DNA of 64,000 bases from a bacterium. Its GTDB lineage: Bacteria; Patescibacteriota; Saccharimonadia; Saccharimonadales; SZUA-47. Made by a program: the position numbers and the translations under genes. A model generated the notes under the pieces. That model searched no databases. It was not told where the DNA came from and saw nothing but the letters and a program-made list of their open reading frames with translations. The stretch spans positions 1,931 to 65,930 of the forward strand of contig JAUIBQ010000003.1 of assembly GCA_030427445.1 (NCBI GenBank), written 5' to 3'. Within the stretch, counting starts at the first letter, position 1. Every line of letters starts with the position of its first letter. Shown here in pieces: positions 51,081 to 59,817 of the stretch.

Positions 51081-52049
51081 TTAGTAGATATAGCTATAAT
51101 ACGCTGCTTGCTGTGCAGTGAGAACTCGATACGAAACAACATTCCAACCAGCATAGTTCATTTCACTAATACGTACGCTACCATCGCCGTAGACTTCTTC
51201 TACATATCCGACGTGCCCATAGTAATCACTCGGCGGTGTCCAAATGACTGCACCTGCTTGCGGTGTATTTCCTACTCCGAGTCCAGCACGCTGTGCAAGT
51301 ACTTTCCACGTACTTGCGTTACCTAAGTTTGCCGGGATTGGTTTGCCGGCTTGTGCACGCTTGTTTGCTGCATACCACGTACAATAGCCGTATACATAAC
51401 CGTTGTAGCCATAGACTGCGGATGTACCGAATCGAAATCCGCTATAGGACGGAACTGAACGTCGTACTGGCGCTGGTACTTCTCCATTTGGTATGACGAT
51501 TTTCTGTCCTTCTTTCAGACCTGTAATCTCTGCATCATTAAATGCTATGATCGCCTTTTCATTGGAGTTATAGTTATCAGCAATCTTTTCTGCTGTATCA
51601 CCTGACTTTACCGTGTAGACAATACCGTTCACTGGTGGGATTAACAAGGTGTCCCCTGCATCTAAACTGTCCCCTGAAAGATCGTTTGACCATTTTATAG
51701 AGTTGCTTGAAATACCAAACTCTTCTGCTAATGATGAAACTGTATCGCCTTCTTTGACTGTGTATTCTGATAAGTCACTAATTGATCGACTCTCAGTTGA
51801 AACTATTTGTGGTTTAGCAACAACTTGTGAATCAGCTGGAACTATTTCTAACTGTGAGTTTACCGTGTCGGCGTTATTTTTAACTGCCGTGGTCTCCTCA
51901 AGACGAGCAAGCTCGGCTATCGATACTGCAATGTCAGCAGATGAGAGCTTATCGAGTGGATCGACTTCTTTTTCTTCAGTTACAGCATCTAAGACAACAG
52001 TACTTTCACGGTCTTCGCTCGTCGTTCCTAATGCAACAAAACCAACCAC
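51081..52049 (-). CDS. Peptidoglycan hydrolase with three LysM repeats and a C-terminal CHAP domain
   Basis: LysM repeats are YTVKEGDTVSSLAEEFG, YTVKSGDTAEKIADNY and similar. CHAP is shown by GYCTWYAANKR...GHVGYVE. The track GTG start cuts a TM helix in half. The frame stays open to 52190, and AAGGAG plus 5 nt plus ATT at 52172 would restore a basic tail and TM anchor. Confidence 0.85.
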   Translation of the reverse strand: MVGFVALGTTSEDRESTVVLDAVTEEKEVDPLDKLSSADIAVSIAELARLEETTAVKNNADTVNSQLEIVPADSQVVAKPQIVSTESRSISDLSEYTVKEGDTVSSLAEEFGISSNSIKWSNDLSGDSLDAGDTLLIPPVNGIVYTVKSGDTAEKIADNYNSNEKAIIAFNDAEITGLKEGQKIVIPNGEVPAPVRRSVPSYSGFRFGTSAVYGYNGYVYGYCTWYAANKRAQAGKPIPANLGNASTWKVLAQRAGLGVGNTPQAGAVIWTPPSDYYGHVGYVEEVYGDGSVRISEMNYAGWNVVSYRVLTAQQAAYYSYIY

Positions 52050-52407
52050 TCCGAGAACAACTAAAAGATTGACTGCAAATAAACCATTTCGCAGTAAACG
52101 CCGTTTTCCTCTTGTGATTTTACGTGATATGTTCCGTGCTGTTTTACCAACACCAAATTGTCGCGTTTTAATACTTTCTCCTTTATGAACTCATGCCTGT
52201 AGAGAATTTTCTCAGAGATTCATAGGTTTATCTTATGATGCGCTTTTAATACGTTATTTGTATAGTGGTGTAAGCCAGTTTGAGCTTACAAATGTGCTAT
52301 TTAGGCACATACTGTTTGTTTTACATCATTTATTAAGGTAAACCACACCGTACCAGACGCCAACACTTTATGTAACTGAGTGTGTATATCTGTTAGTGTT
52401 AACGAGA

Positions 52408-52437
52408 ATTATACCGCTTTTTTACCGGTTATGTCAA
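52408..52437 (-). promoter_or_regulatory. Consensus sigma70-type promoter upstream of the LysM-CHAP gene
   Basis: On the minus strand: TTGACA (52437-52432), an 18-nt spacer, then TATAAT (52413-52408). This predicts a ~225-nt 5' leader. Confidence 0.6.
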
Positions 52438-52451
52438 TAAAACTGTCGCTT

Positions 52452-53468
52452 TTAGAGGAGACAACCGACGCCGTGATCTACTTGCAGTTGTTCATGCTCG
52501 CTCAGAGTATATGAGAAACGTGTCACACAGTCATTACCAGTTACAAAATAGAGATAATCACTATCTGAAGGTGAGGCTACAGCCTCGAGACTACTTATGC
52601 TGACATTACTGAGTGGACCAGGTGGTAAACCCGGTATCTCATAAGTGTTGTAGTTTGCAGGATATGGGTCAGTTGCATTAGATTCTAACGCAATATTATT
52701 TTCTAGACGAGACAGAAACACTTGGGCAACTAGTGGTTTCTCGTCGAGATTGCTCACTTCTTTTTCAACTATCGACGCTAAAATGATAGCTTCGTGTACA
52801 GTTAGACCTTTTTCAGCAAAAGAAGCTTTCATCGCTGGGGTAATTGCTGCATACATCGCATCTAACGATGCCTCTACTACTTCTCGAGCATCTGTTGTCT
52901 TACTTGTGGCATATGTATCAGGATATAAATAGCCCTCCAGGTCGGCAGTATCTGGCAAGTATTCAACTACTAGCGGGTGACTACTATAAGAAGATGGCTT
53001 AAGTGCGGTTGTCGCTGCCTGAGATGAATACCCTCTCTCTTCGAGCGCTTGCTTGATTTCACCAAGTCGAGATCCAGGTACAAAAGTAATGAAGTTTTGC
53101 GATACATCACCACTGATTAGTCGAGAGATGACTTTTTTAGATGATTCGGTTTTATCAAACTCATAGCTACCTGCTTGGATTATGTCGTCTGAATGATAGA
53201 GTCTTGTGTAGAGTTGAAGCGCCAATGACGACTTAACGATGCCCTGTAGCTCCAATCGAGCTGCAATCTGCTCAACTGTCTCACCTTCTTCGATAGTTAT
53301 ATCTATAGGGTCTGACGCTACTTGCGGCGCTTGAAGTGAGGTATTAAACCAAATAAAAGCACTCAACACTAGCAGTACTACGATGATAGCCACAACAAAC
53401 AAAACCTTACAGATTCGCACGGCGATATGAGGCTTTGATCGGTATGGTTTGTGTGAGTGGAAAGTCAT
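52452..53468 (-). CDS. mltG: Endolytic murein transglycosylase MltG (YceG-like)
   Basis: 338-aa ORF with an N-terminal TM anchor, a LysM-like subdomain and an ASIVEKE catalytic-Glu region. It follows ruvX, as in many genomes. Confidence 0.8.
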   Translation of the reverse strand: MTFHSHKPYRSKPHIAVRICKVLFVVAIIVVLLVLSAFIWFNTSLQAPQVASDPIDITIEEGETVEQIAARLELQGIVKSSLALQLYTRLYHSDDIIQAGSYEFDKTESSKKVISRLISGDVSQNFITFVPGSRLGEIKQALEERGYSSQAATTALKPSSYSSHPLVVEYLPDTADLEGYLYPDTYATSKTTDAREVVEASLDAMYAAITPAMKASFAEKGLTVHEAIILASIVEKEVSNLDEKPLVAQVFLSRLENNIALESNATDPYPANYNTYEIPGLPPGPLSNVSISSLEAVASPSDSDYLYFVTGNDCVTRFSYTLSEHEQLQVDHGVGCLL

Positions 53469-53912
53469 TTATTTTATTTTGTGTTGGACTACGTCTTTTA
53501 AGGTTATAAAATCTTCTGCAATGATTCCTGCAGCAACCGAGTCAATCCCAGCGGATATCTCGCCGGCTCGTTCTTTTGCTGCTTCAGTAGTACCGGCCTC
53601 ATCAATTGCATACACTTCAAAAGCGTCACCAGACTGCTCACACAGTGTGTCAATGAATGCACGCGTTATCCTCGTCTGTTCACTGTCTTGCCCGTCTAAC
53701 CCTCTAGGCACACCGATGACGATACCATGTGATGATAAACTTCTAGCGATTTCTAGTAGCTCGCCAATAACCTGGTCGTCGTTAGTTCTTTCTATCACTG
53801 GTAAATACTCTGCAATTTGAGCGTGGGAGTTGATGCGCGCAACGCCAACTCTCTTAAGTCCGTAATCAACAGCGAGAAACTCGCCTTCTGCTTGTGAACT
53901 ATGCTGGCTCAC
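53469..53912 (-). CDS. ruvX: Putative pre-16S rRNA nuclease / Holliday junction resolvase-like YqgF
   Basis: 147-aa ORF with the LAVDYGLKRVGVA N-terminal motif and an RNase-H-like fold pattern. Confidence 0.8.
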   Translation of the reverse strand: MSQHSSQAEGEFLAVDYGLKRVGVARINSHAQIAEYLPVIERTNDDQVIGELLEIARSLSSHGIVIGVPRGLDGQDSEQTRITRAFIDTLCEQSGDAFEVYAIDEAGTTEAAKERAGEISAGIDSVAAGIIAEDFITLKDVVQHKIK

Positions 53913-55594
53913 TGTGACTGCACTTCAATCGTTATTTTTTCTGCGCTCTTAGGAGTTGTGGTAATCCACATCGGACTATAGTTCACTTCAGCGGACACAA
54001 CCCCATCAATTGACTCTAACCTGTCGATTATCTCACCTCGTTTTTTGCCTGCAAACTCTTCTGCGAGAGCATCGACATCAAGAGATGGACCTATTACAGC
54101 TACAGTTGAGAATGAGTAATCGTTTTCTCCAGTTGATTCAAATGTAATTCCACTGAGACCATTGTCGCTAACATTTTTTGTTTCATTTTCTTCAGATAGT
54201 GTTTCGGCTAAAACAGCATCTAAAATTACGCTCATATCACTATCTTTGTATCCAGTGAGCTCATACTCTACAGTTTGCTTAACGGTCACTGATTCTCCTT
54301 CTTCTCCAGCAATTGGGGAGATAGCGTATTTTGGCTCTTTTATGTCTAGTGTTACGTCCATCGCGGTGTAGCCAGCTTCTGTTAACTTCTGACGCAACTC
54401 TTGTAGTGCTTCTCCTCGAGCTGCTTCACCCAAAGAAGCTTTAGCTACAGCCACATCTTCATCACTTACTACTGTGATGATTTCAGTTGTACCGCCCGAT
54501 GCATCACCAACTGCATCTACGTCCGAACGACCGGATACTGTAAAGCTCGTATTCTTAGCAGTATCGTATTCTTCGCCAGATTCTTGAGCGATTATGGCGA
54601 CTGTATCACCGTTGAAATTGAGGCACGAACCATCAAAAGAGTCAAAGCTAAAACTTGCATCTTCTTGTGTGATATACGTTTTTCCGTCTGCACTTACACC
54701 TGTCCCTTTCGGAACATTTGAAGGAGAAGATATCGCACCGCATACTTGAGCACTCATTGTCACCTTTCCTTCTGCTTTTTCACCAATATTCTTTTCACCC
54801 GTCGCTTCTTCAGTAGCTTCATTTGTTTTTTCTGTTGTCACTCGTAAAGCTGGCAAAACTCGCTCATCAACATTAACTGTTGCATCTTCACTATAATCAA
54901 GTGTAATAGAATCACTAACGGGTATGCTCTGAGTGTTGGTCTGAACCGAGATCGTAGCTTTAGGCATCACAACAAAGCCAATGTACCAAAGAATAACTAG
55001 TGTGATAAATCCAACTACTCCAAGGATAAGTTTAGTCTGAAACGAGCCAAAATCAGGGACTTTAAACTTCTTGTTTTTTGCTTTCACCGCAGCTACTGTC
55101 GCTGCGGAAGTGGCTTCTTTATCCTCAGACACTTCTTTTGCCGTGTCCTCAGACACACCATCATCAGACAAAGAAGAATCTGTCGTTTTAGTAGCAGCTG
55201 CCATCCCAGCCCCCATAGCAACCACGGCATCAGGAGCATCGTCACCATCAACATCTTCGATGTTTACAGTTGGTATAAACGGTTTAGAATTGGCAGTTTC
55301 TGCCACATGCACGCCCGCTACGCCCGCAAGTGTATGAATAGACTTATCGGCAGTGACTAAAGCAATGTTTTTCTTTTGCTTAGTAGCTGCGCGTTTTAGT
55401 AGTTTCATATTTACTATGCTTTGAAGCACTTGTGCATTTTTTGGTAACACGATAGCTACGATACTGCTTGATGACTTCTTAACACTGTTTATTAATGCTG
55501 TGATGTCATCTTCATTATCAACATAGATTGTGTCTTTTTGCACTTTCTTAAGTGGCGTTTTTAACTTCGGTGTCGGTTTGCTTTTTGCGGTCAT
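53909..55594 (-). CDS. Hypothetical large membrane-anchored extracytoplasmic protein
   Basis: 561-aa ORF. A cytoplasmic N-domain, an acidic/Ala-rich linker and one TM helix (LILGVVGFITLVILWYIGFVV) precede a beta-rich ectodomain. It is coupled to the ftsA-like gene by a 4-nt overlap. Confidence 0.6.
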   Translation of the reverse strand: MTAKSKPTPKLKTPLKKVQKDTIYVDNEDDITALINSVKKSSSSIVAIVLPKNAQVLQSIVNMKLLKRAATKQKKNIALVTADKSIHTLAGVAGVHVAETANSKPFIPTVNIEDVDGDDAPDAVVAMGAGMAAATKTTDSSLSDDGVSEDTAKEVSEDKEATSAATVAAVKAKNKKFKVPDFGSFQTKLILGVVGFITLVILWYIGFVVMPKATISVQTNTQSIPVSDSITLDYSEDATVNVDERVLPALRVTTEKTNEATEEATGEKNIGEKAEGKVTMSAQVCGAISSPSNVPKGTGVSADGKTYITQEDASFSFDSFDGSCLNFNGDTVAIIAQESGEEYDTAKNTSFTVSGRSDVDAVGDASGGTTEIITVVSDEDVAVAKASLGEAARGEALQELRQKLTEAGYTAMDVTLDIKEPKYAISPIAGEEGESVTVKQTVEYELTGYKDSDMSVILDAVLAETLSEENETKNVSDNGLSGITFESTGENDYSFSTVAVIGPSLDVDALAEEFAGKKRGEIIDRLESIDGVVSAEVNYSPMWITTTPKSAEKITIEVQSQ

Positions 55595-56892
55595 GATCGA
55601 AGTATCCTATTTATTTTCTGCCTTATTGACCCTTTTGGAGAATCGTCGTCATTATCTTGCTCGATAGTATCAACACCAACTCTGAGTAACCCCATAGCCG
55701 TGATAAATGTATGGTCTTTAATCTTTTCAGTAGTATCTACGATACCATTTATTGTTGCTGGGTTGATATATTTCACGGTCGGTTTTCGCGTAAAAGGAAG
55801 CTCTTTATACCAATCTTGCTTTTCTAGCTCTTCGAATAACACCGAAAGGCTTGCACCGCCACCATATAAAAATATGTGATGAGGTAGATGCTCCAGTGCT
55901 GTAAATTCCTCTAAGGCAAGCTCCACACCTGACTGCCAGACATCAGTAATACTTTCTAAAGAATCTACCAGCTTCTTTCTTTGTTTTTCTGGGACTGCTC
56001 CCTTACCAAAAGCTATTTTCAGGTTTTCTGCTTGATCATGGGGTATAGATAAGTCCCTAGAAATAGCTTTCGTGAACGCACGACCACCAATACCAAACAT
56101 TTTTGTTCCCTGTACGCCACCCTCATCGATAACTGCTATATCAGTAGTACCTCCACCGATGTCCATCAAAACGGCACTTAGCGTGGACTCCTCATTATCT
56201 CCGAGTACAGACCGAGCAACAGCGAACGGCTCTGCAGCGACAGCAATCAAGTCCATATCTAGCTGCTGCACAACACGCTCAATGGCTCCGATGTGAATCA
56301 GTGGTGCAAAAGCGGTGTAGAGCTGCACGGTAACTTCTTTGCCTTGAAAGCCTACGGGGTTTGTCACAACATATCCGTCAATCTCCATACTTACAAGTGC
56401 ACTGTTGATGAGCTGGATATCGACATCCTTGCCACCAAGCTCTTGTTTAATCTTGCGTGCTGATTGCTCTTTAGCACGAGTCTGTACTCGCTCGATAATC
56501 TGCTCGATTTCGTCAACATCTAATGGCGCTTTTCCGTCTGCACGTCGTACACGTACTTTGGTTGTCGTACCTTTGACAAGCTCACCGGCAAGACCGACCA
56601 CAACAGCACGGGGCGAAACCCCAGCCTGCTCTTCGGCTTGAGAGAGTGCACTGTTACAGTTCGCAGCCACCGCTGCGATGTCAGCAATAGCGCCTGATTG
56701 CATATCTTGCAGCCCTTGATGAGCACGGCCCACACCAACAATTTCGACATTTTCATCGTTTATTTTTGCGATAAGAGCTTTTACATTCTCTGTACCAATA
56801 TCAAGAGCGACCACGAAATTTTCTTTCTCAGAATCATCATCGTCTTCAAAGATAGGAATATATTCCTTAACCCTTTTCAGAATATCTAGCAT
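55591..56892 (-). CDS. ftsA: Actin-fold cell-division ATPase, FtsA-like
   Basis: 433-aa ORF with ALDIGTENVKA (phosphate 1), MDIGGGTTDIAV (phosphate 2) and GIGGRAFTKAIS...AENLK motifs. Confidence 0.7.
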   Translation of the reverse strand: MLDILKRVKEYIPIFEDDDDSEKENFVVALDIGTENVKALIAKINDENVEIVGVGRAHQGLQDMQSGAIADIAAVAANCNSALSQAEEQAGVSPRAVVVGLAGELVKGTTTKVRVRRADGKAPLDVDEIEQIIERVQTRAKEQSARKIKQELGGKDVDIQLINSALVSMEIDGYVVTNPVGFQGKEVTVQLYTAFAPLIHIGAIERVVQQLDMDLIAVAAEPFAVARSVLGDNEESTLSAVLMDIGGGTTDIAVIDEGGVQGTKMFGIGGRAFTKAISRDLSIPHDQAENLKIAFGKGAVPEKQRKKLVDSLESITDVWQSGVELALEEFTALEHLPHHIFLYGGGASLSVLFEELEKQDWYKELPFTRKPTVKYINPATINGIVDTTEKIKDHTFITAMGLLRVGVDTIEQDNDDDSPKGSIRQKINRILRS

Positions 56893-56947
56893 ATGCGGTT
56901 TATTATAGCACGCTGAAAGAAGTTTTTAACTGCGAAAATACAGTAAT

Positions 56948-57175
56948 TTAAAGTCCACCACCGCCAAAGACCCGTGGCTTATGCCAGCCTCCGAGACGAA
57001 GTCCTGAATCATTGCGTACTACTTGCAAAGTAGCGATACTTCCTGCATTGCCGGCGACTTCATCATCGGCACCAGAGTCGATATCCCCAAAACATACGTC
57101 AGTAGGCATCGGAACAATGTCAGTGGGCATCCAGAATTGTCCTATTGGAGGTAAAGTTTCACCAACTTCCGGCAT
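56948..57175 (-). CDS. Hypothetical small protein
   Basis: 75-aa ORF whose ATG overlaps the upstream stop (TAATG at 57177-57173), which suggests translational coupling. It ends in GGGGL. No motif. Confidence 0.4.
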   Translation of the reverse strand: MPEVGETLPPIGQFWMPTDIVPMPTDVCFGDIDSGADDEVAGNAGSIATLQVVRNDSGLRLGGWHKPRVFGGGGL

Positions 57176-57600
57176 TAACTGCGTATCCTTTTTGTAATAC
57201 GATCAAACCCTCTAGTTATTATCTGCGAGACACTCAGGTCTGTTGTTAAGCCAATACAGAATATTTCTGCAAAAGTAAAATCTTTAGGCAAATAAAATTC
57301 TACAGGTAGTTCTCTGGAGTACACATCTTGTTTTCCATCGTCGTTGAAACATCCTTCTTGAAAAGCAACACTGGCATCCCGACCATCATTTGTCATAGCA
57401 AATGAAATAACAACATTAGGCATATCACCCACAATTCGATAATCTACATCATACCCGAGAGGCTTTTCATCGTCATAAAATTCTTCAAGTGAAGAACCAA
57501 ACAGTATAGACCTTGCATCAGCTTCACGTTTAGACACAAATATACCTCTTGCATCCGGTGCTGGACTAAGCTTTTGAACTGGTCTTTCAAGAAGTGACAT
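57175..57600 (-). CDS. Hypothetical protein
   Basis: 141-aa ORF with no motif. No SD is visible, and an AT-rich -10-like GATATA/TATAAA lies immediately upstream of the ATG. Confidence 0.5.
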   Translation of the reverse strand: MSLLERPVQKLSPAPDARGIFVSKREADARSILFGSSLEEFYDDEKPLGYDVDYRIVGDMPNVVISFAMTNDGRDASVAFQEGCFNDDGKQDVYSRELPVEFYLPKDFTFAEIFCIGLTTDLSVSQIITRGFDRITKRIRS

Positions 57601-57677
57601 GTATTTATATATCAGTTTTGTTTAGCTTTATTTTGGTTAAGCTTGATATCACCATACACCCATCAACACTCAAAATG

Positions 57678-57693
57678 TGTGATGTACATCACA
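57678..57693. promoter_or_regulatory. Perfect 16-bp palindrome TGTGATGTACATCACA (CRP/FNR-type consensus)
   Basis: It matches TGTGA-N6-TCACA exactly. It is centred ~86 bp upstream of the 57600 ATG and ~32 nt downstream of the alaS stop. I found no other TGTGA-N6-TCACA by eye in the window. Confidence 0.4.
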
Positions 57694-57724
57694 AAAACTA
57701 TGCATTAGCATTTTTTACAACACT

Positions 57725-59671
57725 CTACTGAAGTACGGCTTTGATTCTTCGAATTCCTGCAGAGCTTGATTGTTCTTTTATAATCTTAAATCGTTTGCCA
57801 TCTTCGTGGAGTTGAGCTGTGTGGTCAACGTGTGGGCCACCACATATCTCAAAGCTAAATGGACGCTTATCTTCTGGCTCATCAGGATTTTTCATAGAGT
57901 AGACTTTTACGACATCCCCGTAACGGTCACCAAATTGTCCTAGTGCGCCTAATGGACCTGTGGCTTCAGTCGTTGGATATTCTGCGAAGCTTACCTGTAA
58001 ATCATTTTCAATCTGCTCGTTAACGATATCTTCAACTTGCTGGATTTGCTCAGGTGTCATTTTTTCAGGATGAGAAAAGTCAAATCGCAGTCGTTCTTCT
58101 GTGATATTAGAGCCATGTTGTACGACATGATCGCCAAGTACGTCACGAAGTGCCTGGTACATCAAGTGCGTAGCAGTGTGGTACTTCTTATGTTGAAGCG
58201 TCTGCCCACCAAGACCACCTTTAAATGTGCCTTTAGCGGCAGTTTGTGAACGCTCGCGTTGCTCTTGCATCTTATTGTCAAACTGCTCTTTCCAGTTTTC
58301 ATCTAAATTAATGTTTCGTTTTTCGGCCTCTTCAACTGAAAGTTCTGTTGGGAATCCATACGTATCGTAGAGGGTAAAGATTTCGTTGCCAGTTACCTTG
58401 CCGTCTTCAGCTAATTTTTCAAACTCACGTAAACCTTTTCTAAGTGTTTGTTTAAACGCCTTTTCCTCTTTTACCAGCACAGAAATAACTTCTTCTTCAC
58501 TCGCTTTCACTTCTGGGAAGTCGTCTCGATACATTTCTGTCATTACAGGGGCGATTTCCTCGACAAAGTTATGCTCAACACCGAGGTCAAATGCCTTGAG
58601 GATAGCTCGGCGCATTAACCGACGCATGACGTACCCTTGCTGTTTATTGCTTGGCTTCACGCCGTCGACTGCCAAGAACATTGCACCTCTTAAATGGTCA
58701 GCGATGACTCGCATAGATTTCATCTCTTCCATCCAGCAATCAGGCATAGTGTCATATCCCAAGTCCCCAGGAGAGAAGTCGTATTTTTTACCTGAAAGTT
58801 GTTCGAGTTTTTCTACAATTGGCCACAGAACACTGATTTTAAATACATCTGGACAGTTGATGGCTGCAGCTGCGATTCGCTCTAATCCACCACCAAAGTC
58901 GACGTTCTGGTTTGGCAATTCTTCAAAGCCTGATTCAGTGCGCTTGTACTGCATGAAAACTTGGTTGCCGATTTCGATAAACCGTCCAGAATCATTTGCT
59001 GGATGAGCCTTACCCCACTGTTTTTCATCGTGCAGTTCTTCACCGAAGTCATAGAACACTTCGCTGTCTGGGCCACAAGGGTCACCAACAGGTGTTTGCT
59101 CAATCCCCCCACCACGACTCCACCAGTTTTCCTGGTCGTCGTAGTAGAAGATTCTTCCGCCTTGCATTCCGAGCTTATCGCCATTGTCAGCCGTGCCTAG
59201 ATCGACAATTTTGTTATCGATACCTTTTTCAGCAAACAGCTCTTGCCAAATCTCAGCAGAATCAGTGTCTTTCGGGATGCCATTTTTCTCATCACCGATA
59301 AAGCACGTCACGTATATTTTGCTTGGGTCCAAGCCAACTTCGTCGACTAAGAATTCAAAAAACCAGCGAATCTGTTCTTTCTTAAAGTAATCACCAAGTG
59401 ACCAGTTACCTAGCATCTCGAAAAATGTCGTGTGCCGGTTATCGCCTACATCATCGATGTCTTGTGCTCGCAAGCACGTCTGGCTGTCGACTAGTCGCAC
59501 TCCTTCTGGGTGATCTTGGCCAAGCAAATATGGCATGAGTTGCTGCATGCCCGAACCTGTAAAAAGTGTTGTCGCATCTTCTTTAGGAGTTAACAGTGCC
59601 CTGGGGATAATTTTATGGCCACGCTCTTCAAAAAATTGTAAATATCTATTTCGTATATCTTGTGCATTCAT
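57725..59671 (-). CDS. alaS: Alanine--tRNA ligase (short form lacking the C-Ala domain)
   Basis: 648-aa ORF with a class II catalytic core, a tRNA-recognition region and an editing domain (HTATHLM...CGGPHV). It ends shortly after the editing domain. Confidence 0.9.
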   Translation of the reverse strand: MNAQDIRNRYLQFFEERGHKIIPRALLTPKEDATTLFTGSGMQQLMPYLLGQDHPEGVRLVDSQTCLRAQDIDDVGDNRHTTFFEMLGNWSLGDYFKKEQIRWFFEFLVDEVGLDPSKIYVTCFIGDEKNGIPKDTDSAEIWQELFAEKGIDNKIVDLGTADNGDKLGMQGGRIFYYDDQENWWSRGGGIEQTPVGDPCGPDSEVFYDFGEELHDEKQWGKAHPANDSGRFIEIGNQVFMQYKRTESGFEELPNQNVDFGGGLERIAAAAINCPDVFKISVLWPIVEKLEQLSGKKYDFSPGDLGYDTMPDCWMEEMKSMRVIADHLRGAMFLAVDGVKPSNKQQGYVMRRLMRRAILKAFDLGVEHNFVEEIAPVMTEMYRDDFPEVKASEEEVISVLVKEEKAFKQTLRKGLREFEKLAEDGKVTGNEIFTLYDTYGFPTELSVEEAEKRNINLDENWKEQFDNKMQEQRERSQTAAKGTFKGGLGGQTLQHKKYHTATHLMYQALRDVLGDHVVQHGSNITEERLRFDFSHPEKMTPEQIQQVEDIVNEQIENDLQVSFAEYPTTEATGPLGALGQFGDRYGDVVKVYSMKNPDEPEDKRPFSFEICGGPHVDHTAQLHEDGKRFKIIKEQSSSAGIRRIKAVLQ

Positions 59672-59817
59672 GTGAATATCGTTTCTAGGTTAAGTTTATA
59701 AGGATTATAGAAAAAGGAGATTACGCCCCAAGGGCATTCGCGCGAGCAGAACCAAGAGTATTTCTATACTTCATTGACCTCAATTATAACAGAGGTGTGA
59801 ATTATCGTAAATTTTGT

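Noticed and set aside
51063-51326. 87-aa plus-strand ORF starting at the GTG inside repeat copy 2, with an AAGGAG SD-like sequence.
   Set aside because: The equivalent ORF in copy 1 is only 11 codons. Sequence conservation stops where the opposite-strand gene begins. The ORF is entirely antisense to the CHAP domain.
52173-52407. A cyclic-di-AMP (ydaO-type) riboswitch in the long leader of the LysM-CHAP hydrolase gene.
   Set aside because: The context is right for that class. However, the leader lacks the conserved G-rich/ACC motifs (GGGGA..CCC, CCGA-type elements) and the pseudo-two-fold architecture I recall. It remains an unexplained leader only.
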